A stretch of 26,231 nt of DNA from Candidatus Omnitrophota bacterium (GTDB lineage Bacteria > Omnitrophota > Gorgyraeia > JAFGGP01). The stretch covers positions 1 through 26,231 of the forward strand of contig JAFGGP010000027.1 in NCBI GenBank assembly GCA_016930485.1, written 5' to 3'. This document shows positions 1-7,961 of this stretch, piece after piece; position 1 is the first letter of the stretch, and every line of letters begins with the position of its first letter. Under the pieces are notes generated by a model. It was not told where the DNA came from. It saw only the letters and a program-made list of their open reading frames with translations, and made no database searches. The position numbers were made by a program, and so were the translations under genes.

Positions 1-77
1 GAATCAGAAAGGTTGTGGACCGTTTACACGAAGAGGGGCTGTTGATAAAAAGGGGGCGTTCTGTTATGCTTCCGTAA
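1..77 (+). CDS. possible 3' end of an upstream CDS (partial; about 25 codons ending at TAA 75-77)
   Basis: Frame 3 is open from the window edge: IRKVVDRLHEEGLLIKRGRSVMLP*. The stretch looks like a helix-turn-helix recognition helix, but it is too short to assign. Confidence 0.2.
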   Translation, partial: IRKVVDRLHEEGLLIKRGRSVMLP

Positions 78-83
78 ATGATG

Positions 84-300
84 CGCTCATGTAAAGGAAG
101 CAACAAAACATCCCTTGCCTAAACACCGGGACATGTCTTTGACTTTTTCCCCGGTAGGCCTGTCCTCTGTGAGGGCTGCGGGATACACCCCATGAGAGAA
201 AAAACAGAAGACGCTCTCACGGGGCATACTCGTCCCCGCTGATTCGTCCTGAGAAGTGAAACGAATCAAAACGGCGGGGGCTCATGTAAAGGAGGAGATC
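84..300 (+). promoter_or_regulatory. structured 5' leader of the UPF0016 gene
   Basis: A 16-nt direct repeat GCTCATGTAAAGGA(A/G)G sits at about 84-101 and 279-296. The second copy carries the SD AAGGAGG for the ATG at 304. The hairpin CGGGGCATACTCGTCCCCG lies at about 221-239. The hairpin GATTCGT-N13-ACGAATC lies at about 241-267. The stem CCGGG...CCCGG lies at about 127-160. UPF0016 genes are typical members of the Mn2+ (yybP-ykoY) riboswitch regulon, but I did not recover the full consensus. Confidence 0.3.
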
Positions 301-303
301 TCA

Positions 304-576
304 ATGGACTGGAAGGTATGTGTGGCAACATTTACGACCATATTTCTTGCCGAGTTGGGCGATAAAACGCAGATTGCCAATTTATGTCTTGCGGCGCAAT
401 CAAGGTCTTCTTTTTCGGTCTTTATCGCCTCGGTGCTGGCCTTCGGTGTTGTGACATTTATTACCGTCTCTCTAGGCGGAATTCTCTGCAGGGTCCTTCG
501 GCCTGAGTACATAAAATACGGGGCCGCGGCGCTTTTCATAGTAATCGGGATATTGATGTTTGCGGGGAAGGTCTAG
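304..576 (+). CDS. UPF0016 / GDT1 (TMEM165)-family membrane protein, single-domain small form (putative Mn2+/Ca2+/H+ transporter half-unit)
   Basis: E-x-G-D-K-T signature (FLAELGDKTQIA). Three predicted TM helices. Strong SD AAAGGAGGAG lies 7 nt upstream of the ATG at 304. The ORF track starts at 256, but that start has no SD. Stop is TAG at 574-576. Confidence 0.8.
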   Translation: MDWKVCVATFTTIFLAELGDKTQIANLCLAAQSRSSFSVFIASVLAFGVVTFITVSLGGILCRVLRPEYIKYGAAALFIVIGILMFAGKV

Positions 577-620
577 GTGCAGCACGTCCTGCTGGGGGAG
601 GCAAAGGGATTGAGGAGACA

Positions 621-1757
621 ATGAGAATGAGAGGAAGAGAAGAAATTCCTTTTTTTCTGACGGCGTTTTTGGCTATGATGTTTATTGTGCCGGCAATCAC
701 CTCAGGGGATACCATTTATCTGAAGAACGGGAGGACGATGGAGGGGATCGTTGAACGTGAGGATGAGCAGTATGTGATTTTGAATGTTGGATTCGGGACC
801 ATACGTCTGACACACAATGAGATTGAGCGCATAGAACACGATGACACTTCCGGGAGGGCAGACCTCGAGAGGGAATGGGAGGATAAGTACTTTCTCAGGC
901 CCGAGTTTACCCCCCTGCGCCTTGAGGGTATTGCCCGGCAGTTTAAGCGCCTTGAGCAGTACCGTAACAGGGCGTCCAGAAACAAAAGGCGCCGCGAACG
1001 GGTTATCGACGAGATTGACACACTAGAAGCGGATGTGCAGAGGCTTTATGAGGCGTTGGCCTCGTTGGGTAAGCAGCTTGCTGTCGTGGTTCCCGAAGAT
1101 GACGTAAAGGCGTACAACGCCCTTGTCGGAGAGCACACCTTTACTCATTCGCAGCTCCAGTTAAAAATAAAAGAGTTGGAAGAAATAAAAAAAGAAATCC
1201 CGAGTCTGGATCAGGCTATCTCGGAATACATGCTGGCACTCGGCGAGCTGACACAGATGATCAAGGATATCTATTCCCATTCGACAGGAGAGCTGAGCAA
1301 GGAAGAAGAGCAGTTTTTGTTCAGGGCGAACAAGGAATTGGAAAATATGCACAGCGACTTCACCCGCTTTGTCGTAGAGTACGACAAAGGAAGGGAGGGG
1401 GTGATGGTGAATGTCCTCCTGAACGGCACCATACGCACCCAACTCAAGGTTGACACCGGCGCAGATGTCGTGGTAATCAGCGACCAGATAGCGAGTAAGT
1501 TCGGCACTACGCTCAACAGGCTCCCCCAGAATACATTTATTACCGTGGCGGACGGGCGGGAGGTCAAGGTGAGTCCTGTCATATTTGATAGTGTGAGGGT
1601 GGGGGATGCCGAGGCGAAGAATGTCATGGGGGTAATATTGCCGCCCGATGCACGCCGGGATACCGACGGCTTACTTGGCATGAGTTTCCTGAAACACTTT
1701 ATGGTCCGTTTTGATTCAAAGTCAAAACGGTTAATCTTGGAGAAGTTCGGCAGGTAA
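621..1757 (+). CDS. secreted or membrane-anchored coiled-coil protein with a C-terminal retropepsin-like (clan AA) aspartyl protease domain
   Basis: N-terminal hydrophobic segment IPFFLTAFLAMMFIVPAITSG. Central heptad-rich, charged coiled-coil region. C-terminal LKVDTGADVVVIS ... GLLGMSFL contains the D-T/S-G-A retropepsin active-site motif. SD GGAGGAG precedes the ATG at 621. Confidence 0.75.
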   Translation: MRMRGREEIPFFLTAFLAMMFIVPAITSGDTIYLKNGRTMEGIVEREDEQYVILNVGFGTIRLTHNEIERIEHDDTSGRADLEREWEDKYFLRPEFTPLRLEGIARQFKRLEQYRNRASRNKRRRERVIDEIDTLEADVQRLYEALASLGKQLAVVVPEDDVKAYNALVGEHTFTHSQLQLKIKELEEIKKEIPSLDQAISEYMLALGELTQMIKDIYSHSTGELSKEEEQFLFRANKELENMHSDFTRFVVEYDKGREGVMVNVLLNGTIRTQLKVDTGADVVVISDQIASKFGTTLNRLPQNTFITVADGREVKVSPVIFDSVRVGDAEAKNVMGVILPPDARRDTDGLLGMSFLKHFMVRFDSKSKRLILEKFGR

Positions 1758-1780
1758 TGATTTCATTAAGCCTTTAGCCA

Positions 1781-1829
1781 TCAGCCCTCAGCTGCTGACA
1801 GCTGATAGCTGAGCGCTGAAAGCTTGAAA
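1781..1829. repeat. heptanucleotide tandem repeat (about 7 units, core CTGA-N-AG x4) with an embedded perfect hairpin at 1788-1805
   Basis: The units read TCAGCCC TCAGCTG CTGACAG CTGATAG CTGAGCG CTGAAAG CTTGAAA. TCAGCTG-CTGA-CAGCTGA forms a 7-bp stem with a 4-nt loop. It lies between the protease stop and the methyltransferase RBS. Confidence 0.6.
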
Positions 1830-1837
1830 AAGGAGCA

Positions 1838-2521
1838 ATGGTTATGTTGTGGCGCAGGATAAAAAAGAACTACCGTCAGATGAAACGGCGGCTTTCGTGG
1901 TCCCTGTTTAGGAGACGGCACATTCTCAGCCGGCATCCCGAGGCCTTTATCAGGCTCAGGGCCCGGCAGGGTGATGTCAGGCTCCATCTGTGCTGCGGGA
2001 CGAAAAAGTATCCCGGTTACATAAACATCGATGTCGTTCCCCTGGAGGGGGCCGATATTATCATGAATATTCCGGACGACCTCGCCGCTATTCCTTCTGA
2101 ATGCGCCTCGGAGATTCTGATGGAGAGTGGATTTGAACACTTTTACCAGTACCAGCAGGACGATGTGCTCAGGGAGTGCCGCCGGATTTTAAAAGAGGAG
2201 GGGAGGCTTGTCCTGAAGTGGCTCCCCGACTTTGACTTGATCGTGGACAGATATGTCAGACACCGGGATAGAGGGGGCGCGGATAACACCTTTGATCTCT
2301 ATCAAGTTTACCGCTATACGCATGCAGAGCCGACACCCGAAAATTCCCCGCACCAGCTGCACAAGGATATCTTTACCAAAGATTCGGTGAGAAAGCTCCT
2401 TGAACGGAACGGATTTTATATAGAGAAGTTATCCAATGAGATATTTCAGGGAGAGACATATTCGGTAGGCATGAACATTATCGCGGTGAAACCGAGCACT
2501 GCCACGAGAGGAGGTGTGTGA
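1838..2521 (+). CDS. class I SAM-dependent methyltransferase (Methyltransf_11/23-like)
   Basis: Motif I variant LHLCCGTKKYPGYINID followed by an acidic loop (IIMNIPDD) and RLVLK. SD AAGGAG is upstream. The TGA stop overlaps the ATG of the next gene. Confidence 0.7.
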   Translation: MVMLWRRIKKNYRQMKRRLSWSLFRRRHILSRHPEAFIRLRARQGDVRLHLCCGTKKYPGYINIDVVPLEGADIIMNIPDDLAAIPSECASEILMESGFEHFYQYQQDDVLRECRRILKEEGRLVLKWLPDFDLIVDRYVRHRDRGGADNTFDLYQVYRYTHAEPTPENSPHQLHKDIFTKDSVRKLLERNGFYIEKLSNEIFQGETYSVGMNIIAVKPSTATRGGV

Positions 2522-3409
2522 TGTACATGAATCTTGTGTGGTCCATTATCGCGTTTGTAGTAGGGATTTCTCTGATTGTGATCAAGATGGCCCACCACGA
2601 CTATAACAAGACTACCAATCTTGTTGGTATCGGCGTTCTCCTTTTGGCGCTGCTGCTTTTTATATCGAGCTTTATCAGGATTGTGCCCGCCGGTACGGTT
2701 GGTGTGGTTGATCTCTTTGGCAGGGTGAGTGACGCGGAGAGGACACCCGGGCTCAATCTGGTCAATCCCTTTGCCAAGCTGGTGATTATGAACGTCAAGA
2801 CAGAAGAGATCAAAGAGACTATGAATGTCCCTTCCTAGGAAGGTCTTTCGATCAGCCTCGAGGTTTCTATTTTGCATAAGCTGAGTCCGGAGATGGCGAG
2901 CGATATTTACAAGAACGTGGGCGTCTATTACAGAAATATTGTTATTACTCCCCAGTTTCGCTCTGTCTGCAGGGGGGGTAACGGTCAATTATGAAGCAAA
3001 ATCACTTTACACATCAAGCAGGGAAGAGATCGCTAGGAAGATTTATGACGATTTAGAAGGTATGCTGAAAGAGCGCGGTATCATTCTGGAAACAGCACTT
3101 CTTCGCGCGATCACGCTGCCGCCGACCGTTGCCAAGGCCATCGAGATGAAGCTCAAGGCCGAGCAAGAGGCAGAGCAGATGAGATTTGTGCTCGAGAAAG
3201 AAAAAAAAGAGGCCGAGCGTAGGGTTATCGAGGCCGAAGGCATTGCCAAGGCACAGGAGATTATCAATAAGACGCTGACCGCTCCGTACCTTCAGCATGA
3301 GGCGATTCAGGCACAGATGAAGATGGCCGACAGTCCGAACCACACTACCGTCTATATCCCGGTCGGCACCAACGGCATTCCGCTCGTGCGGACTGTGGAA
3401 AACCAGTAA
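2521..3409 (+). pseudogene. SPFH / band-7 (prohibitin/stomatin/HflK-like) gene disrupted by an in-frame TAG (2836-2838) and a +1 frameshift in a G7 run (2972-2978)
   Basis: The SPFH-like sequence is continuous across three pieces. Piece 1, frame 1: IVPAGTVGVVDLFGRV...NVKTEEIKETMNVPS. Piece 2, same frame after the TAG: EGLSISLEVSILHKLSPEMASDIYKNVGVYYRNIVITPQFRSVCRGG. Piece 3, frame 2 after the G-run: VTVNYEAKSLYTSSREEIARKIYDDL...AEQEAEQ...TVYIP. Its ATG is translationally coupled to the upstream gene by the gaggaggtgtgtgATGa overlap. Confidence 0.75.
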
Positions 3410-3465
3410 GGACGCGACAGGTCAGACACCCCGCCCTTTTTTCCAGGACGAGAGAGGCAGGTGTA

Positions 3466-4824
3466 ATGCGCAGAGGGACGCACCCCGGAAGGTTCAGATT
3501 TCTGAAAGAGGGGACGGGTGGTGCGGGTCCGGTTGTCTACTGGATGAGCCGGGACCAGCGCTCGCGCGACAACTGGGCGCTTCTCTATGCCCAGGAAGAG
3601 GCATTGCGGCGGGAGAGGCCGCTTGTGGTTATCTTTTGTCTGGTGCCCTCTTTTTTAGGGGCGACTATCCGCCAGTACGGATTTATGCTAAAGGCCCTGG
3701 AGGAACTTTCCGGCGCACTCGAAAAAAAACATATACCGTTTTTTTTACTGCGGGGGGAACCTGCCGAGGAAGTCATCCGTTTTGTAGAAGAAAACGGGGC
3801 AGCACTCCTGGTGACGGATTTTGACCCGCTCAGGATCAAAATAGGATGGAGAAACGCGATCTCTTCCCGCATTTCCATTCCCTTTGTCGAGGTGGATGCC
3901 CATAATATTGTGCCCTGCTGGCTTGCCTCGCCAAAACAGGAGTTTGGTGCGTATACTATCAGGCCGAAGATACACAGGGCGCTTGATGAGTTTCTCGATG
4001 ATTTCCCGCCCCTTAAAAAACATCCTGTTTCGTATAAGAGGAGGCCACGCACAATCTTCCGGCCCGGCCTACTATCCTCTTTAAGGATCAACCGGTATGT
4101 CCCCGAGGTAAAGTGGCTCGTGCCGGGTGAGAAGGCAGCCCACCAGGTCCTCAGGGTCTTTCTGAAAACAAAACTTTCCTCATACAGCACCCGCCGTAAT
4201 GACCCGACACAGGACGGGACTTCGTTTCTCTCTCCTTATCTCCACTTTGGACACATAGCGGCCCAGCGGGTGGCGTTGGAGGCGCTTAAAGCGCGGCGCG
4301 CACCTCAGGCAGAGAAGGAGGCCTTTCTTGAGGAGCTGATTGTTCGCCGCGAGCTTTCCGACAACTTCTGTTTTTATAACAGACACTATGACACGGTTAA
4401 GGGGTTTCCCGATTGGGCAAAGAAGACGCTTGCCCCTCACCGGAGGGACAGGCGGAAATATATGTATTCGCTGAAGACGCTTGAGGCGGCACAGACCCAT
4501 GACGAACTCTGGAACGCGGCCCAGACACAGATGGTTGCGACCGGCAGGATGCACGGATATATGCGGATGTACTGGGCCAAAAAAATTCTCGAATGGACAC
4601 CGACTCCGGAGGCGGCCATGAAAAGTGCCATATATCTTAATGACACCTATGAACTCGATGGCAGGGATCCTAATGGATATACGGGGATCGCATGGTCGAT
4701 AGGGGGGGTACATGACCGCGCGTGGGGCGAGCGCCCCGTATTTGGCAAAATACGCTATATGAGCTCTAATGGCTGCAAGGCAAAGTTTGATATAGAGAGA
4801 TATGTCAATCAGCAGAAGGGTTAA
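3466..4824 (+). CDS. phr: deoxyribodipyrimidine photolyase, class II CPD photolyase
   Basis: [12 protein letters not shown]...DNWALL...IRQY.FML..L.EL...L....IPFFLLRG.P......FV.E.....LVTDF.PLRIK..W......I.SIPF.EVDAHN.VPCW.AS.K.E..A.T.RPK. The match to class II photolyases is near-colinear. The C-terminal FAD-binding region is present. Confidence 0.92.
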   Translation: MRRGTHPGRFRFLKEGTGGAGPVVYWMSRDQRSRDNWALLYAQEEALRRERPLVVIFCLVPSFLGATIRQYGFMLKALEELSGALEKKHIPFFLLRGEPAEEVIRFVEENGAALLVTDFDPLRIKIGWRNAISSRISIPFVEVDAHNIVPCWLASPKQEFGAYTIRPKIHRALDEFLDDFPPLKKHPVSYKRRPRTIFRPGLLSSLRINRYVPEVKWLVPGEKAAHQVLRVFLKTKLSSYSTRRNDPTQDGTSFLSPYLHFGHIAAQRVALEALKARRAPQAEKEAFLEELIVRRELSDNFCFYNRHYDTVKGFPDWAKKTLAPHRRDRRKYMYSLKTLEAAQTHDELWNAAQTQMVATGRMHGYMRMYWAKKILEWTPTPEAAMKSAIYLNDTYELDGRDPNGYTGIAWSIGGVHDRAWGERPVFGKIRYMSSNGCKAKFDIERYVNQQKG

Positions 4825-4826
4825 AA

Positions 4827-5360
4827 ATGGGGCAAAATGCCATACGCACCCCTCTCATTTCTATTATCCTTGCTGTATGCATAGGAGGTATTATGTTAAA
4901 GGGCGCATTCGGTGAGGACCAGTATCAGAAACCTTCCGACGAGGATCTTAAAAAGGGGTTGACTCCCATGCAATATTGCGTGACGCAAGAAAGCGGCACC
5001 GAGAAACCCTTTGATAATGACTACTGGGACAACAAGCGAGAGGGGATTTATGTCGATGTCATATCAGGAGAGCCGCTTTTTAGCTCGCAGGATACATTTC
5101 AGTCAGGGACCGGGTGGCCCAGTTTTACCAGGCCACTTGACCCTGATAATATTGTGGAAAAGGAAGACCATAGTCTTTTTGCTGTGCGCACCGAGGTAAG
5201 AAGCAGGCAGGCGGACTCGCACCTCGGCCACGTGTTTCAGGACGGCCCAAAACCGACAGGCCTCAGATATTGCATTAATTCTGCGGCCCTCAGGTTTATC
5301 CCGAGAGAAGACCTTGAAAAGGAAGGATACGGCGCGTATAAGAAGTTATTTGAAGAATAA
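4827..5360 (+). CDS. msrB: peptide-methionine (R)-S-oxide reductase MsrB (SelR domain) with an N-terminal signal or anchor segment
   Basis: GTGWPSF and the catalytic RYCINSAAL motif. N-terminal hydrophobic stretch [15 protein letters not shown]. No CxxC zinc pairs. Confidence 0.85.
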   Translation: MGQNAIRTPLISIILAVCIGGIMLKGAFGEDQYQKPSDEDLKKGLTPMQYCVTQESGTEKPFDNDYWDNKREGIYVDVISGEPLFSSQDTFQSGTGWPSFTRPLDPDNIVEKEDHSLFAVRTEVRSRQADSHLGHVFQDGPKPTGLRYCINSAALRFIPREDLEKEGYGAYKKLFEE

Positions 5361-5389
5361 CGTGTGGCTCATTTGGCTAAGGAGGAGGC

Positions 5390-6346
5390 GTGACGAATAC
5401 AAAACCTAAGGTTGCCATTATCGGTGCCGGGAACGTGGGCAGCACCTTTGCCTTTGCGCTGCTTACAAGCGGCCTGGCACGCGAGATCGTTATCGTTGAC
5501 CGTGATGGAAAAAAGGCCCAGGGCGAATGCATGGATCTTAATCACGGGCTGAGTTTTACCCATCCGTCCCAGGTTTATGCGGCAGGCTTTGAAGGCTGCG
5601 CCGATTCGGATATCGTAATAATTACAGCCGGCGCCAGACAGAAGGAAGGTCAGACACGCACCGATCTTGTGCAGGCGAATGCGGAGATTTTTAAATTGAT
5701 CATTCCTCAAATCATTTCCTATGCGCCGGAGGCCATTCTGCTGGTGGTGACCAACCCGGTAGATATTCTTACTTACATTACCCTTAAGATATCGGGATTT
5801 CCGAAAAGACGGGTGATCGGCTCAGGCACAGTGCTGGATTCTTCGCGGTTTCGCTATCTGATAAGCGAGCACTGTCACGTGGACCCGAGAAACGTGCACG
5901 CGTATATCATCGGCGAGCACGGCGATACCGAACTTCCGGTCTGGAGCAATGCCAATATCGGCGGCATGAAGATAGAGCAGTTTTGCCCGACCTGCAAAGA
6001 ATTCGATAGCTGCCGGCGCACGAAGGCGTTGAAGCGAATATTCGATGAGGTGAAAAACGCGGCCTATAAGATTATCGAGGCCAAAGGGGCGACGTATTAT
6101 GCCGTTGCCCTGGCCCTGGTCAAGATCACCGAGGCGATCCTGCGTGATCAAAACTCTGTCCTGCCGGTCTCGACCCTGATCAGCGACTATTACGGGATAG
6201 ATGATGTGTGTCTTGGCCTGCCGTCGATTGTCAACCGGAACGGGGTAGAACAATTCCTGCGCCTTGCGCTTTCCGATGAGGAAGAGAAGCGGCTGCGGCA
6301 TTCGGCAGAGACGCTTAAGGATATCATCAGGCGCATCATCTTGTAA
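5390..6346 (+). CDS. ldh: L-lactate dehydrogenase (LDH/MDH superfamily; Gln at the substrate-discriminating position)
   Basis: GTG start after SD AGGAGGAGG. Rossmann fold VAIIGAGNVGS. ITAGARQKEGQTRTDL carries Q, not R, at the LDH/MDH-discriminating position. Catalytic IGEHGD is present. Confidence 0.85.
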   Translation: MTNTKPKVAIIGAGNVGSTFAFALLTSGLAREIVIVDRDGKKAQGECMDLNHGLSFTHPSQVYAAGFEGCADSDIVIITAGARQKEGQTRTDLVQANAEIFKLIIPQIISYAPEAILLVVTNPVDILTYITLKISGFPKRRVIGSGTVLDSSRFRYLISEHCHVDPRNVHAYIIGEHGDTELPVWSNANIGGMKIEQFCPTCKEFDSCRRTKALKRIFDEVKNAAYKIIEAKGATYYAVALALVKITEAILRDQNSVLPVSTLISDYYGIDDVCLGLPSIVNRNGVEQFLRLALSDEEEKRLRHSAETLKDIIRRIIL

Positions 6347-6380
6347 CATAAGGACGGCGAGGCCCCCGACTCTTGCTATA

Positions 6381-6417
6381 AAAAAAGCGGCTTATAAAAA
6401 GCCGCTTTTTGTTTTTT
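6381..6417. terminator. bidirectional Rho-independent terminator between convergent ldh and pfk
   Basis: AAAAAAGCGGCTT-ATAAAA-AGCCGCTTTTTGTTTTTT. A GC-rich stem is flanked by an A-run upstream and a T-run downstream. Confidence 0.8.
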
Positions 6418-6435
6418 ACTATCCGCCACAATTTA

Positions 6436-7641
6436 CTACATATACCGTTCTACGCTGCCGGTTACCTCTTCAAAGACCGGTTTTATTTCCTGTTTTTCTC
6501 TACCGAAGCAGACCCCCATATTTTCAAAGAGGGCTATTGAGGATATATCGACAAAGCGCTGTTCGATCGCCTTTTTGGTATTTATGTATCGTATTTTGTC
6601 CCGGTCGATTCCCGCGACGGTGACGCCGGTGACGCCTTTTATCAGGAGAAGAACCGCCGCCGCGCCGGCCTCTTTTCCGAAGTTGACATCATAGGCGGAT
6701 GAGTGCCCGCTCCTGACCAGGTGGCCTGGTTGTACCGACCTTACCTCCGGAATTTCGTAAAGAGCCGGGACAAAGAGTCCTGTCTTTTTCATAAGTTCTT
6801 TTACCTCAGGGTCAGCCTTAAAACGCTTTGAGAGCTCCTGACACACGTATTTTCCGGCACCGGCAAGCTTTTTGTGCCCAAAGGCGTCAACGCCCGCCGA
6901 TTCGTCATAGAGTTCTGAGCCGTCGGCATTTTTTATTCCCTCTGCCACGATGATCAGATAGGTGCCTGCGTGCACATCGCTGCCCTCGATGCGCCTGAAG
7001 TACCTGTTTTTTGCGTGCCGGTAGAGGATATCGAAGTTAATCGGGACTTCGGGGATGAGGACGGCATCGGCGTCCGCGGCGATGCCGCCCCTAAAGGCCG
7101 TGTGGCCGGCATAGCGACCGAATACCTCAAGGACGATGATCCGGTTATGCGTCCGTCCGGTGGTCTTCAGGTCCTCCGCGAAGGCGGCAATCCGGTTAAT
7201 GGTGGAGTCGCCGCCCACAGAGTAGGTCTGAAGGTCAAGGTCCATCGTCTTGGGGGCGTGGATGCAGCGGATGCCCTGCTCGGAGAGGTCGACCATCACA
7301 CTGCCGGTGTCATCACCCCCGCTGATAATCAGTCCGTCGATGTCAAATTTTTTAAGGCCCGCCTTAATGCGCTCATATTTTTTGTCGTCGTTGATCTTTT
7401 TGATCTTCACGCGGGAGTGCCCTGCCTCAGAACCGGCAAGGTTTGCCCCGATCGAATCGACACGCTGGGGGGTAAGCTCTACAAGGTGCTCAAAGTCAAG
7501 GAGATTGTACAGCCCTGCGTAGCCGTTGGGTATGACAAAGCAGGAAATGCCTTTTTTGTGGGCCAGCTGTGCCGCCCCTTTTATGACTGCATTTAAACCG
7601 CCGCAATCGCCACCGCTTGTAATAATACCTATCTTTTTCAT
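6436..7641 (-). CDS. pfk: 6-phosphofructokinase, PFK-A family, long form with PPi-type signature residues
   Basis: MKKIGIITSGGDCGGLNAV. GGDDTGS has Asp at the E. coli Gly104 equivalent. HAPKTMDLD has Lys at the Gly124 equivalent and keeps the catalytic Asp. The SD lies on the minus strand (aaggagtgttttATG). Confidence 0.85.
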   Translation of the reverse strand: MKKIGIITSGGDCGGLNAVIKGAAQLAHKKGISCFVIPNGYAGLYNLLDFEHLVELTPQRVDSIGANLAGSEAGHSRVKIKKINDDKKYERIKAGLKKFDIDGLIISGGDDTGSVMVDLSEQGIRCIHAPKTMDLDLQTYSVGGDSTINRIAAFAEDLKTTGRTHNRIIVLEVFGRYAGHTAFRGGIAADADAVLIPEVPINFDILYRHAKNRYFRRIEGSDVHAGTYLIIVAEGIKNADGSELYDESAGVDAFGHKKLAGAGKYVCQELSKRFKADPEVKELMKKTGLFVPALYEIPEVRSVQPGHLVRSGHSSAYDVNFGKEAGAAAVLLLIKGVTGVTVAGIDRDKIRYINTKKAIEQRFVDISSIALFENMGVCFGREKQEIKPVFEEVTGSVERYM

Positions 7642-7961
7642 AAAACACTCCTTTTTCTATTCGAGGTTCGAAACTCGTATTTTTTCGCAACATCAATGTT
7701 TTTACGAGCATCGAGTATAGACAGCCGGGCGTCGAAAAACCATACTTTATTATTAGCATCCTACTTTATCATAAAGCACGGAAAAATCAACCTTGAATTT
7801 CGATCTTTTTCCCTGAATGCAAGCAGATCGGCAAGCTCTAAAAAACGCTTCCATTCAAGCTCACATTACTGTTATAATAATTAACCTATTCTTATCTTAT
7901 TATACAATGCAACCCCTCCACAGTCAGACAATTCGAAGCTAAGATACGAAAGGACATTCAG
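7642..7961. promoter_or_regulatory. AT-rich divergent promoter region between pfk (-) and the 864-aa gene (+)
   Basis: 320-bp noncoding AT-rich interval. A candidate -10 TATAAT lies at 7873-7878 but has no clean -35. SD AAAGGA precedes the ATG at 7962. Confidence 0.3.
7662..7677. promoter_or_regulatory. 16-bp near-perfect palindrome CGAGGTTCGAAACTCG in the pfk 5' UTR, about 20-35 nt upstream of its start
   Basis: 14 of 16 positions are self-complementary. The centre is TTCGAA. Candidate operator. Confidence 0.3.

Noticed and set aside
87-269. 60-aa minus-strand ORF in the leader region
   Set aside because: It has no RBS, overlaps the structured leader, and its composition is typical of a chance antisense frame.
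256-303. Upstream in-frame ATG (256) as the UPF0016 start
   Set aside because: No SD precedes 256, whereas a strong AAAGGAGGAG sits in front of the ATG at 304. The extra 16 aa are hydrophilic and unlike the family's N-terminus.
2836-2838. In-frame TAG as evidence for an alternative genetic code or programmed readthrough
   Set aside because: TAG is used as a terminator for the UPF0016 gene (574-576) and for trpB2 (13108-13110). The same gene also carries a homopolymer frameshift. A pseudogene or sequencing errors are more parsimonious.
2446-2988. 180-aa minus-strand ORF spanning the methyltransferase/SPFH junction
   Set aside because: It is antisense to two well-supported genes. It has a low-complexity His, Asn and Arg-rich composition and no RBS.
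2939-3409. ORF-track entry 2939..3409 (TTG start) as an independent gene
   Set aside because: It is the C-terminal half of the disrupted SPFH gene. Its N-terminal residues continue the SPFH sequence from the previous frame.
3585-4713. Minus-strand ORFs of 201 aa and 177 aa inside the photolyase gene
   Set aside because: They are antisense to a photolyase that matches the class II family end to end. They are frame shadows.
5822-6349. 175-aa minus-strand ORF inside ldh
   Set aside because: Antisense shadow of a strongly supported LDH.
6970-7596. 208-aa plus-strand ORF inside the minus-strand pfk
   Set aside because: Antisense to PFK. It has an Ala, Gly and Val-rich composition typical of a shadow in a GC-skewed gene.
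7696-7884. 62-aa ORF in the AT-rich pfk/gene-9 intergenic region
   Set aside because: It lies in a promoter region, has a low-complexity Ser-rich sequence, and has no SD.
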